NCBI RefSeq assembly: GCF_000143415.4
Contig: NW_003314284.1
Coordinates: forward strand, 1,408,693 to 1,472,692
Reading direction: 5' to 3'
Origin: Selaginella moellendorffii
Taxonomy: Eukaryota; Plantae; Lycopodiophyta
DNA length: 64,000 nucleotides
Position 1 is the stretch's first letter. Every line of letters starts with the position of its first letter. Positions 1 through 12,300 of the stretch are shown one piece after another. The translations under genes were made by a program, and so were the position numbers. The notes beneath the pieces were generated by a model. It had not been told where the DNA came from and ran no database searches. It saw only the letters and a list, made by a program, of their open reading frames with translations.

Positions 1-642
1 ATAGCGCTTTCTAGCCTTCCAGACAATCGTATGTATCCAAAGGAGCGGAACACCGAGATAAATCCCACAGCAATCCCCGCGGCCGTGAGATATTTGGTCA
101 CAGTGGCTGTGGCAGTCCCGCTAACAAAGATCGAGAATGCGAGAATTGCCGCGGAGACTAGAGTGCACAGGAACTGACTCCAAAATCCGAGCGATCCCAT
201 CGTCTTGAAATGGCGAGCAGTCTCTTCGAGACGCTTTGCGACCTGCAAAAGAGAAAGAAAAAGGGGAGAGTTAGAACTTCACAAGAACTTCCGAAAAGCT
301 TCTTCAAGAAAAACGATTTCTAGAGAAAAGAAAGAACTAAAATTCGGCATTTTTACTGACCAAGTTTCGCATGTTGATCTCCGCTGCATCCACAGTAGTC
401 GTGTAGCTCGATCCAAACCCTGACGCTTCTTTTGTTCCATACTGAGCCTGCGCCTTGATTGACGACACATTGGAATTCTTGAATTGGATCGAAGAAGTGG
501 TGAATTGCCTCGGAGAAGAAGAATGCGCCTGGAGAAGATTCAAGAGATTACCTCGGGGCCGGTGCTGGAGCTGGGATCGCGCGCGCAGCGGCGCGGCGGC
601 GACGAGCCCGGCGTGGGGGAGGAGCAGTAGCGCCTGCTGCAT
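1..642 (-). CDS. TIC21: Chloroplast inner-envelope TIC21/PIC1 permease; 5' part only, gene runs off the left edge
   Basis: Exon 1 642-361 is a Ser/Ala-rich transit-peptide-like sequence. GT..AG intron 360-243. Exon 2 (242-1) reads VAKRLEETARHFKTMGSLGFWSQFLCTLVSAAILAFSIFVSG...GFISVFRSFGYIRLSGRLE, matching the remembered TIC21/PIC1 core (VAKRLE..SRYF..LGS.GFW.Q ... FWSFGYIRLS.RL). Confidence 0.88.
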
Positions 643-736
643 GCTGATAAGCCCTAAACACCCCTGTTGGTTGATTAGCGCTAAGCAAAACCCGTGTTTA
701 TCGCTTACGAATGTGTCGGTGCCACGATACCCCTTG

Positions 737-833
737 ACGTGTCTAGCCCTGGGCACGTGTCTTATTACTGGCGAGAAATGCCACTTGGAAAGATAGCGAT
801 GGAAGTGCACGCGTCCCACTTCTTCGTATAAAA
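737..833 (+). promoter_or_regulatory. ABA-responsive promoter: two ABRE (ACGTGTC), a CE3-like element and a TATA box
   Basis: ACGTGTC at 737-743 and 755-761, CACGCGTC at 808-815, TATAAAA at 827-833, about 40 nt before the ATG at 873 of a LEA-like gene. Confidence 0.7.
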
Positions 834-872
834 TGAGAGGAAATCCAAATCGAATCGTGTGAAAGAATTGCA

Positions 873-2456
873 ATGTCTTACGAGCAGCCCATTCGCGATC
901 AATCCGGCATGGATCAGCAGGAGAACAGCCCCTACGTCGCTCACTCGGACGCAGTTGGGCACCTCGGGCAGCCCAGCTCGGAGAGGCCGTCGCAAGCTCC
1001 TGGAGATCGCGGCGTCCACTTTGGTAAGAACGCAGGATATGGCGACACCGAGGCGGTAAATCCCCAGTCCGGGCAGCAGCAGCAGCACCATCCCCTCGAG
1101 GCGACGCACGACACCAACATCGGCCACGGGCACGAGCCCTTCTCGGCCTCCACGACGGAGTCCGGCTACGTTGCTCCAGCCGGGGCCGACCAGCGTCACC
1201 GCGGAATGGGCGAGAAGATGAAGGACGCGGTGAAAGGCGCCGTCGGTGGTGGCCCGAAAAGCTCGTCTCACGATCAAGTTCATGGAGTTCCTGCTGGCCA
1301 GGGACCTGGAGGAGCTCACGATCAGCTTCATGGAGTTCCTGCTGGCCAGGGGACTGGAGTTCCACCCGAGCAGCAGTCAAAGAGTCCTGGATTCGTCGGC
1401 AAGATGAAGGACGCCTTGACTGGGCAGAAGCCTGGATACGGTGCTGCTACCGGACACGCCACCACTGGGGGTGCTGTTCCTGGCGAGGAGGACTACGCTG
1501 GGAAGTTCCAAGGCGAGCATGATACCAAGTGGCCTCGACCAGCTCCTCCTCCAGGTATGTCCAAAGCATCTGTTACCAGTGATCGACCTGGAGAGACCCA
1601 CTATCCTTCTAATCGTCCTGACGCTGGTACTCCGGAGAGTTACTCTACTGGTCCTGGACCTTATGGTGAAGAGAAGGCCTCGAGATACCAGAATGTTGGC
1701 AAGCCTGGTCACGAGGGTACTACGTATAATCCAGAGCAGCAGCACTATGGTGGACAGAACGTCGCCGAGCCTGGTACTGGAGGTTTGATGGGAACGACTT
1801 ATAATGGCGGAGAGAAGACTGGTCCTGGAACTGGAACCGAGTACGGTGCTGGAGATCATGCAACTGGAACTGCATACGGTGCTGGAGATCCGAATTATCA
1901 GAAGTCCGGTGCTGGAACTGGAACTGAGTATGGTGCTGGAGATCATGCAACTGGAACTGCGTACGGTGCTGGAGATCCAAATTATCAGAAGTCCGCTGCT
2001 GGAACTGGAACTGAGTACGGTGCTGGAGATCCGAATTATCAGAAGTCCGCTGCTGGAACTGGAACTGAGTACGGTGCTGGAGATCATGCAACTGGAACTG
2101 CGTACGGTGCTGGAGATCCGAATTATCAGAAGTCCGCTGCTGGAACTCATGATCCATCGAAGGCTGTCCAAGAAGAGATGTATCCTCCGGAGAGCTACAA
2201 GGGAGCGGAGCAGTACTCCACTCCCGGTGCTGCGAGCACTCCAGCGCCACGAAATGCTCGTCACGACACTCCGACTGGCCAGAACGAGGGTGGAGGTGAG
2301 TATAAAGACTCCCACGGTGTTCATAAAGAAGGTCCCCGGGATGACAACGTGAAGAAGGAAGGACTGATGGCGAAGATGATGGACAAGCTGCATCTTAGCC
2401 CGAAACACCGTGACCGTGCTCAACACAAAGACTCCACCACCACCACCACTTCGTAG
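873..2456 (+). CDS. Hydrophilic Gly/Thr-rich dehydrin/LEA-like stress protein (527 aa, intronless)
   Basis: Very hydrophilic with no Cys. K-segment-like motifs GMGEKMKDAVKG, GFVGKMKDALTG and KKEGLMAKMMDKLHL. ABRE promoter upstream. Confidence 0.75.
   Translation: MSYEQPIRDQSGMDQQENSPYVAHSDAVGHLGQPSSERPSQAPGDRGVHFGKNAGYGDTEAVNPQSGQQQQHHPLEATHDTNIGHGHEPFSASTTESGYVAPAGADQRHRGMGEKMKDAVKGAVGGGPKSSSHDQVHGVPAGQGPGGAHDQLHGVPAGQGTGVPPEQQSKSPGFVGKMKDALTGQKPGYGAATGHATTGGAVPGEEDYAGKFQGEHDTKWPRPAPPPGMSKASVTSDRPGETHYPSNRPDAGTPESYSTGPGPYGEEKASRYQNVGKPGHEGTTYNPEQQHYGGQNVAEPGTGGLMGTTYNGGEKTGPGTGTEYGAGDHATGTAYGAGDPNYQKSGAGTGTEYGAGDHATGTAYGAGDPNYQKSAAGTGTEYGAGDPNYQKSAAGTGTEYGAGDHATGTAYGAGDPNYQKSAAGTHDPSKAVQEEMYPPESYKGAEQYSTPGAASTPAPRNARHDTPTGQNEGGGEYKDSHGVHKEGPRDDNVKKEGLMAKMMDKLHLSPKHRDRAQHKDSTTTTTS
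1825..2148 (+). repeat. Coding tandem repeat, ~87-nt unit GTGTEYGAGDHATGTAYGAGDPNYQKS(G/A)A, about 3.5 copies
   Basis: Near-identical nucleotide repeats visible directly; one unit lacks the DHATGTAYGAG half. Confidence 0.95.
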
Positions 2457-2643
2457 ATAAAGCTGTGATCCACCACGACCACTTCGTAGATAAAGATGTG
2501 ATCGTATGAAAGAAGTGTTTGCCTGTTGTATATAATTAAAGGTTTGAATTTTGTAGATATCTCGACCAACCTGTGTAGTGGTAGCGTGAGTATAGAACCC
2601 CAGAAGCAAGGAAAGAAAACGAACCATAATTGTGTGTCCGCTG

Positions 2644-3751
2644 CTAGAGATAGATCACCGCTCCAGCGCACGCGTGCCTTCGGCTACGCATCTGCGGCAA
2701 ACTGATCCATTCTCTCCTCGCAGGAATGTAGACGATGACAGAATCAAGTCCCCCACCATCGTAGGAGCTCGATCCTCCCGCTATGTACAAGTTTCCGGCC
2801 ATTGCAACGACCGCGGAGCCCCACAAGCTGCATCGTGCTCCATGAAGAAGCTTGGAAACCGGTATAGTTCCCTTGTCTTCCCATTCTCCCCGGATAGTGT
2901 CATAAACTTGGAGCTCCAGCCTATCCATTTCCGTGAACTTGGAACCGACCACGTAGATAAAAGGCCCGATCGCCGCACAGCCAACTATGATCCAAGGCTC
3001 CTGCATCTCCGAGCAAGTCTCCCAGCTCCCCTCGCGAGGATCGAAAACCTCGACGGACGTGAGGATCAACGGAGTGCTGTAGCCACCGATCACGTAGAGC
3101 TTGTCACCAGCGACAGCCGAAGCACAGCAGCTTCTCTTCTCTTTCATGGGTGGCAGCCTTAGCCACGAATTCTTCTCTGGGTGATAGACTTCCGCAGACC
3201 TGAGTCGGGCATTCTCCGTGGAGTAGTGCCGGCAAAGCCCACCAGCGACGTAAATCCTTCCCTCTATCACACCGCAAGCGAAGGCCTCCCTGGGCTCGAG
3301 CATAGCCGCGGCCTCCTCCCAAACGTTGTGCTCAAAGTCATAGACGGCCATTTGGGGTCTCCCCGTGAAGCCACCCACGACATAGAGCCGGCCACCGAAG
3401 GCCACGCAAGGGACGTTGTGGCAGGAGCTAGAAGGCGCCGCCGGCAGCGAGCGCCAGCGGCCCTCTAGAGGATGATACATCTCAGCTAGAAGATGCCCCT
3501 TGTTCTCCTGTAGATTGGGAGAGCCCTAGTCAGAAATCGCGAAATCGCGAAATCGCGAAATCCCTCACCTGGACGCCGCCAAGCACGCATAGCCATGGCT
3601 CCAAGCGGCTCCGGCAGAGGCTGTAGCGCAGCGCTCGGCCGTGGCGGAGCAAATCGTGGAAGCGGCGGCAGACGAGGCGCGCAGCGGCCTGGTGCTGCGG
3701 CGGCAGCCACGCCAAGCATTGGACGAGGATGTGATCGGGCAGGGCATCCAT
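2644..3751 (-). CDS. F-box/kelch-repeat protein, 2 exons (3751-3569 and 3507-2644)
   Basis: N-terminal F-box LPDHILVQCLAWLP...ARLVCRRF. A 61-nt GT..AG intron 3568-3508 keeps the frame (GGVQ|ENKGHLLAEMYHP). Kelch repeats with GG..Y..W (LYVVGG, IYVAGG, LYVIGG). Confidence 0.92.
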
Positions 3752-4085
3752 GCCCTCCTCCGCCGCTCCTTCTCCTCTTCATTCTAGCACACAAAACCCT
3801 AGGACACGCATTTGGCGCCCCATTGTCTTTTCAAAATTTAAAATTACTTGTATTATATATCTGATGAATTTAAGGAGTTTAATATGCTATCACCAAAATT
3901 TGTTGCACGTAAAGTTGCATGAATAAAAAAACACATTCTATAATGATAATTATAAGATGAAATCTGAATATATTATCATTATAAATCATTAGAACCTTGG
4001 GAAGTAAAAATTTCTTTCACCAAACAATTTTCTTAAGTTTGGCTTAAAAAGAGAGTGAAAATTGTGTTGGCACATCAAATTAGGT

Positions 4086-5768
4086 ATGGAGAAGCTTTTA
4101 AAGGCGGAGTGCAAGGATGCGAGATCGGGGCTGAGGAGGAGATCAGCTGGCGAATGGGCTGCACTGTTCCATCTCCGAAAGGCGCGGCAGGAGGTGCATT
4201 TTCCAGCCCTCGGGGACGAGATTATGTCTAAAATCGTGAGCCTAGCCGAGGAGGATCTTCGCGAGGCCGAGTGCGCTCACGAGGCCATGACTGTGTGGAG
4301 ATCAGACTGCTGGCTCCCGTTTGCCTATGATCCAGAGCTCTTCAATCTGCTGGCGGTGCTCTACATCTCGCGCTGCCTCTCAGACAATCACGCAGAGTTC
4401 CAAGCCTGCCTAGCCCATCTCCATACGGCGAGCTCCGATAATCTGCATCGTCTTGTCCTGGTCGGCCAGGTTCTTGGCGAATCTGCTTTTCTCGAGGACG
4501 ATTCCCCGGCGTTTGCTACTGTGGAGAGGATTTGGACGACGCCATATGAGTCCATGCAACTCGAGTAAGCTTAAGCTTGCAACTCTTCATATCCATGTCT
4601 AACTTTACGATTTACCTTTAGGCCCACTTTCACGAGTGTCACTGACATAGTGACAGAAATCATCCATTCGGGTTACTTTTGTTCTTTTCCAAGTCGAGTT
4701 GAGGTACTGAATCGACGGTGATGGTGATGTTCGTCGACTAAGCTTTTCCCTTCAGGGTCCAAACTGTGCCACCGCTTTGGTTTGTATAAGGGATCATATC
4801 GAGGCTGGAACTGGATGCGTGAGTGAGTTGCGCTGCCTTGCAGACGAAGTGATGGACTGCTACAACAGGGAGACTGTTAGTCTGAGCAAGGAAGAGTGGG
4901 ACGAGTACTTTCGACTGGGGTCGCAGTTGCCAGTCGCGAATTGGGGTGGCCTTGGCTCTGGACAGGCCAAGAAACTGTTTTCCGCCATGCACGACGAGGA
5001 GGGCAGCGGTCTTTTGGCTAGTCTCTGTACTCAAAGGCCTCCTCAGTCGGCATTCCTCTCCCACTTGTTTGCACTGTTCGACTGCGCAACACACGCGAGG
5101 CTTTGGCTCTGCAAATCCACTCTCCCTGTCTACTACGCCTTCAGCAATGTCCAGTGTAAGCCTCCTACAGATCTCATGTCTTTGCATCTGATCGATTACG
5201 TTGGTTTTTCACAGATTGCAATCTTGCTTGTTCAAACACTGATAGAGAACCTGAAAGTGAACGCCAAGTTTTGGTGAGTTGAAACCAAATCCTTGTTTTG
5301 TTTTTCTCATTTTGGGCCGTTTCTCTACAGGCGTCACCACTTGGCTTTCAGGAGCGTGTTCCATCGTATATTGAGCGACGCCAAAGATGGGATGCCATAC
5401 GTGCCCACAGCAAGATGGGAAAATACCCATTTGTCATGAGTATGCGAATCCCCGTCTGCCGTGCTCTTCGAGTTCCTGTTGTTATCTGCAAGCCTCAGGA
5501 CGTGGATATTGTGGAGGATCACGATTTTGCCGTCTGCTTAGACCATTTCCTGTGGTTTGAATCGGTTCCAAGGCTCAATTTTCTCTTTGCAGCGGTGGAC
5601 GTGTACAAGTTCACTGACAAGGAGCACACAAATATGCTTCCTGTTGATCAAGACGAGCTTAAAAGGTACTACAGTGTGACCGAGTTCCTCAAGGTGAGAG
5701 CCGAGTGGACTTTAAGGCGCTTCAGACGTAGAAAAGCCGTGCAATCTTACCGTACAGACGATTCCTAG
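4086..5768 (+). CDS. Multi-exon protein of unknown function
   Basis: GC-rich open segments at 4086-4564, ~4756-5154 and ~5330-5768, separated by short GT..AG introns (donors at 4565, 5155, 5274). No domain recognised. Confidence 0.55.
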
Positions 5769-8700
5769 CTTAGACTTCTCATGGTTGCTCCGAAAAATCG
5801 ATGGCCATGGGGAGCTGCGAATCCATGGAGGGCTGATTTTAATTTTCCACCTCCAGTACACAGCTGACATGAAGTATTTTTGCTTGGTGGAAGTATCTCT
5901 AAAGCTGTTTCTGTCGATATAATATTTCAACCCAGTGCGTTCTTGCACAGCTGTACGAAATGGCCGCTAAAAATCCTTGCCGAAAACCCCTGTGTTACCT
6001 ACCATCCTGAATCAGGGCTGGAAGGGATTCTTGACTCGAGCACCATCCTCTGGAAATGATTCTCTTGGACAGAAGCACGGCTAAGGCCACAAGCTTTGCC
6101 AGGTGCACAATTTTTCCTTTTTGAGCTACTAACATAACAGGTATTTTTGGAGAACCATCTTGACATTAATAATAACAACATGAGCTTTAGCACTGTCTTT
6201 CCTTATTAAAGCAAGCTTTTGTTTTACACGTGAGTGTAACACTGTATCATATCAAAAGCACATATCCATGGTTATAGAAATAAAACATTTTACTCAATTG
6301 GTATTGCACAAGAAACATTCCCATAGAATGGGCTGGTACTACATCCAAGGAACAACATAACACAGAGATGGCTGACTATGAAGCTCTACATGAGAAGCCA
6401 TCATATGAAGAGATGGAACATCTAAGTAAGGATGTGAATGGAGCTTCTAAGGTGGACAAGGTAGTTACTCTAAGCAACGAGGTGGTGCAAATTCCATGTA
6501 TGGTGAAGGTGGAAGTAGAAGTTCCTCCTCCACATAAAAATGGAGGAAAAGCTGGAAGTGGCCTTCGCTGAAGAAGGTGGAGAATTTACTGGAGACTTCC
6601 TATGAAGAAGCCTTGTGTGAAGACAAGGTTCCTCCTCCACGTGAGATGGAAGAGGAGGTGGAGGCTCCTTGTGAGAAGGCCCTATGTCAAGATTCTATAT
6701 GAGATAGAGGATCCATAGCATGAGTTGGAGCCCTCTTGTGTGGAGGTTAAGGCAAAGGCTCAATGTGATGAAGGGGAGGCTGAAGTAGCAAGTGAAATTA
6801 CATAGCTTGAGCCACAACCCCCTCATCATGGTGTGCTTGTGGCATTGGTGAGTTGCAATTTCTTATTATGCAATCAGAGAAGAACTTATATTTTATTGTT
6901 CATGACATGATAACATGTGTAACTTTACATTATACAACCTGAGAGTTCATTTTTTGCCTATCAAAAACTATATTCATCTTTTATACATGTATAGTTAAAT
7001 AACTCCTTTAGGCAAAATTGATGCCTAGCAATATTTTATCATCATATAATGATATAGAGGGATTAAACTCAATATATAAGGGTTTTTATCAAGACATAAT
7101 GTGACTTTTTAAAAGAAAGCAATATTGAGGCACTTATAGATGTATTAGATCTAAAATGTGATTAAATTTGTAGCAAAAACTGAAGTGTCTTTCCAAATCC
7201 CTAAAATGGTTGCTCTTGAGATATACTAGCACTCCATGGTTCATCACCTCTCAAACCAACATATGACTTTAGCTCTTATCACATCCCATTGGACTTACAT
7301 ACTCCATCCATGTCATCCTTGACACTGAATATGTTTTCAAGCTGAACTAATGGCCAGACTTTTTGCTCCTTTGAACTAGTCGAGAACATCTTTACTCCTA
7401 GACTTAAATTCTAGAACATTTTCTAATTCTTGCATCACCTTGAAAATTTATTGCTAGAGGTAAATTGGACTTATCAAATGGCAGTTTAAACATATAGTGT
7501 GACTCCTTTAATCAACCAATAGAGTCAATACATCTCTTAAAAGATAATGTGCTTATATTGCAATATAATGAATCGGTATTATAACAAGAAATGTTTATTG
7601 TCTAAGAAATCCATTATTGAAACATATAAACACCTTAAAACACTAAAAAAATATTATTTGATATCATGAAGAGATTAAATAATGCTCAAGAGATTAAATC
7701 TTTAGAGAAAATGGATAAGAAATGTTATTCAAGTTCAAGGTTGAATAACATGTCATGAAAGAGTTTAGTTCCAAATTCAAGTGTGCTACAAGATGGTCTA
7801 TTTATAATGGATAGGGCAAAAAAGATTTTGGCATGATTAGTAACGCATATATAATAGCTCATGAGTAGCAAATGTTAATCTTGATGTTGGAATTACAAGG
7901 TGAGTATATTTAAATTGAGGAACCATTCCTTAAGTCATTGAGTAAGTTCATCCTTAAAAATACTTGTTAAAATATGGTAATAAGTGTAAAGCTACCCTTC
8001 TAGCATAGAGAAGAATAAATGAAGGGAATGTATAAAATTAAAACCAAGTAGCAAATGGATAAAATTGAACTATAGAAATCAATAAACATAACCTAAAATA
8101 ATTATGCAGGGGAATCAAGTAAGTACTTAAGGGTCTCACTATTTATAATAATGGTGTCATAAAGTCTAAAAATGGAATTGTTTATGTTAGACTAGATAGT
8201 AGATATGAAGCTTATGAAAGAAGAAGCCTTAATGAAATCCTTTTAAAATTCTAAAGACAATTCTAGGTAAGTTAGTATATAGAAAAATGACAACTCTTCT
8301 GTACGGATTAAAAACTTGCACTTGAAAGCCATCAATAGGACACCAGAGACAACAATAAACAATTTTACCTCTTCAATTTCTTTCTCAAGGTGAGGCTATC
8401 AAGATTGAGGAAATATTTCCCACATATTCAAAGAGATGGCTTTATTTGTCGATATTTAAGGACTTTCACGCTTATGCATTGAACCATATTATGCTATGGC
8501 AAGTTGAAGGAACAAAAACCCTAATTAAAGGTGTTAACTTTAAGAGGGGTGGCCCATAAAGCTAAACATAGAGGAGTTCATACATAATCACAAGTTAATT
8601 AACTAACTTATCAAGTGAAAAGACTTGGAAGCTTGAAAAAACTGTGATCTATAGCACATGTATAAATGTTGTATATAAATGCATATACAGAAGTTAAATT

Positions 8701-11329
8701 CAAGTCCCAACTATTTAATACTTGGTTTCAATAAACATATATGTACATTCCCGTATCCCAATGGGACTAATACAAAAACTGGGTGTACCACCCTCTCAAT
8801 AAGCTACTCTATGTGATATTTGCATCTCAACTATACCTAATCTTGGAGTAGAAGTGGATGTGGTCGTCTCCTTTGGATTATATTGATGTCCAAGTCTCCT
8901 TCTTGAGCCAAATGTAGAATAGAGTCAGAAGGATGCCACTACAAATCTCTCCATCAACCACTCTGCCGAAACACAAAAGCGACTTGATCCTCCACTCCTC
9001 TAGTCAACTTTGTTTCGCCAACTCTTTTAGGCATAATGAAGATGGACCACTACAAGATGATGCCACCATTGCAAATATCCTCACTCATTTCTATCAAAAT
9101 GATAATGATTCTTTGCCTGTTCCAAAATAATCTAAATCTACTTGAGAATGAGCGGAAGTCTCCTTGTGTGGAAGATCAGCAACCTTAAAAAAATATGGGA
9201 TAATTTCCTGCTTCCAACTCAGCTATTGGCACCACACCCATGGAAAGTTGATGACCAGCTAGCTCTTGAGGTCCATCCCCGATCTGAATTGGCTGAGTTG
9301 GTGATGACTTGAGCATACTATGATCCTTGCATGCTGCCACTTCCTTGCTTTTTAACCTTGAAGCCTTCTCGACTTTCAGCATATAAGAAAAGTAATAATC
9401 AAATGCACTGATATCAGACAAGGTGATCATCTGAGATTGGTGACTATCATCTTCTATAGACCGGCACTCATGGCCCATCACCCTCTATACCAACATATCA
9501 ACTTCAGCCCTTGTCATGTCCCATTTGATTTGCATGCTCCATTTGTATCGACCTTGAGACCAAAAACATTTTTAAGCTGAACCAGTGGCTGGACATTGTG
9601 CTTTTTCAAACCAGTGGAGAACATCCCCACTCCTACCCTCAAATTTCGGAATGTTTTTTAATTCTTATATCACTTTAAGAATCTATTACCATACCTCTCT
9701 TACCACATCATAGTCTTACAAAGCATGTTGCACTGTCTTTAGTTTGCCACACTCCTTGCATCTTTGGCATGCTTCCTCTTAGAACCATTGTCCCACTACT
9801 AACCTGTTGTTCACCACCAACTAAGAGATGGCCTTGACTTTTTCTTATATCAGTAATTTTTAGAAAGCAAGTGTGTTATCCACCACCTGATTCACCTCAA
9901 CTCCTTGCTTGATCCACTTCCTCCATAGCTTAGGGATCTTCCTACTAATCTCTTCCTTGCTAGTCATGAGATCATCTCGCACTTTCTTGATTTCAAACGA
10001 GAAGAAGCTCTTTGTGCCATACAAGATTTTAATCTAAATCTTTAATGAGTTGTTGTCTACACTAATTGAGGATATTGTCCCCCTCAAGTGTGGCCTTCAA
10101 TTGAACCACTACTAATTGCTTTAGGACTTGCCGTACTACTTGAATTCTGCTCTTAACTTTGTTATCCATCACTATTGGCATGGCTTGTTTGTCCCTTGTT
10201 GACAACAATATATCACCTCTCACAACTTGAAAGGGACGACCAACATTCTAATATTTAAGTTCAAGTCCAAACCCACTAGAGCATAATGATGGTTTAGAAT
10301 ATAAGGACATTCAATCTTTGGTGGTTATGGACTCTTAATAAGGAGGTTGGCTTGGGCACACTATCACCCCAAAGTCGTGATTTTTGGTTAGTGTGTTTGG
10401 TATGAAAGTTCGGTATATCTAACTTGAATATTCTAGTGTAAGTGGCATTGAATGCATGGTGAATGGGATGGGGATATTAATTTTTAGTTGTTATAGACCC
10501 TTGGCCGGAAGGGTTAGCTTGGGTGCACTTCCAAGTGTGAAGGATGCCTTTGAGGTCATGATTAACAACTCAAAAGTCGGGTAGATTTAGTATATTTTAG
10601 TAAATATGTTGAGATGTCTATATGGGAAAAGTATATAATCTAGGTTTCTAGTTCAAAGTGGTAATTTGAACAAATAATATACTATGACTTGGTCAAAGAG
10701 ATTAAGTGGGAAAGACACCTAAGTGAATGATTTATAACAATATAATGGTATTGTGGGTCTAATAAAGTAGTCTCTAAAGATGGATATATGGGAAGATTGC
10801 AAAATTGGGCTATAAATAATGTCTATAGCATAAAATATTAATGAGACTTATTAGGGGTGAATACATTTGGGGCTTAGTAAAATAAAGCCTTTGTTATAGA
10901 ACAAAAATGAATACCCCAAGGATAAAGGTAGCAATCTTATAATGCCTAATGCAATAATTAAAGGATAAAAGCAAAAGATTAGTGGCCAAAAATGAATTTT
11001 AGTAATTGTATGAGGGAATTCAAAATGATAAGGTAGGTGATAAACCATTATGTGATGGATGTTAATAGATACTAAATTTCTAAGGATAAGATTCTTAAGT
11101 GCTCTAATTTGAAAAAAGGTGAAAGCTTCAACAAATGAAGCAATAATGAACCAAATGATAGAGCTATGGACAACATGAAATGAAAGAGAGGGCGATGGTG
11201 TTCTCCAATAAAGAACTCTTTAGGATGGGGAAGTAGAGTTTGCACCATATATGCAATAGAAAGTGTTAAAAACACCTAGGAAATTGACATGAAAAGTCTA
11301 TATTAAGATTCTAAAGTGCGATGGTTATA

Positions 11330-11620
11330 ATTGCAGCGTGCTACCACTTGAGTGTGGTGAAGATCTCTTGAGACTACTTCCAGTTGATGATTCAAGACTA
11401 TGGAATCAAACCCATGGGAGAACACTACTATAGATTGTTGATGCGTTTATAAGGGCCGAAGAGCTAGACAAGGCTAAGGAGCTCATCCATTCCAAGAGTG
11501 TTGCTTGGGTCTTGCTGTTGGCTGCTTGCTAGCAAATCCACAAGGATCTCGAGCGTGGAGCTCAAGTTACTCAGAGACTCTTGGCGTTACAGTCAAATTT
11601 CTATGTACTGTTTGGCTAGA
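11330..11620 (+). pseudogene. Fragment of a PLS-PPR gene (last repeats and E domain)
   Basis: Manual translation AACYHLSVVKIS*DYFQLMIQDYGIKPMGEHY.../VDAFIRAEELDKAKELI...VAWVLLLAAC*QIHKDLERG, with stops and frameshifts. Confidence 0.8.
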
Positions 11621-11759
11621 ATTATGGAAGTGTATTAACTTGATTTATAAAGATTTGTTACTATTAAGTTAGGGCTCATATTCTTTCTATCTTTCTTCAT
11701 AGCTATGAAGAGGCCGTGGGAATATGGGGAGTGGAGTTTTGCGATGCTTGACATCACCA

Positions 11760-12300
11760 CCAAAGAGAAGAACAAAAAGGTGAAGTTGTTAAATGATTCT
11801 TTGCTGCTGCCACCAAATTTAGAGAAGAAACCCATGCTTGTGTTGAACATGAATGAGACACTAATCCATGCCCATAAGGCCACAATATCCCTCAAGTTTT
11901 TCAATGGGAAAATTATTCCATTATAGCACTACCTTGTGGCAAAGAGGCTGGGTGTGGATGACTTTTTAAAAGAGATGAGTAAAATATACAAGATTATGGG
12001 TTTTACTCGAGTAATAAAGCCATATGCAAATAAGATTTTGGACAAGCTCAACCCAACTAAGAATCTCTTTGCTATCATCTCTATAAAGATTTGTGCTTGA
12101 CCAAGGAAGTTGAAGGGAAAAAGGTTATGAAAGATCTCTCAAGATTAAAGTGGGACCTTAAACATATAGTGATTGTGATGATAAGCCAAAGTCCTTTTGC
12201 TTGCAACCCAACAATGGAATTGTCATTCGTGCATTTAAAAACAAGAAAGGGCATAAGTATTATGAATTGAAGACAATAAACAATTTACTTAAGAAAATTG
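11760..12300 (+). pseudogene. SCP1/NIF-type (FCP1-homology) CTD phosphatase pseudogene
   Basis: LLPPNLEKKPMLVLNMNETLIH (the DLDETLVH motif with D>N changes), KRLGVDDFLKEM, YANKILDKL, KDLSRL, DDKPKSFCLQPNNGIVI. Contains stops and frameshifts. Confidence 0.85.

Noticed and set aside
1377-2627. 416-aa antisense ORF and other overlapping ORFs
   Set aside because: Shadow frames of the repetitive dehydrin-like CDS.
3533-3560. (GAAATCGC)n repeat
   Set aside because: A 3.5-copy microrepeat inside the F-box intron with no evidence of function.
6368-6850. Glu-rich ORF as a gene
   Set aside because: Short, interrupted by stops, with no recognisable domain; probably a TE relic.
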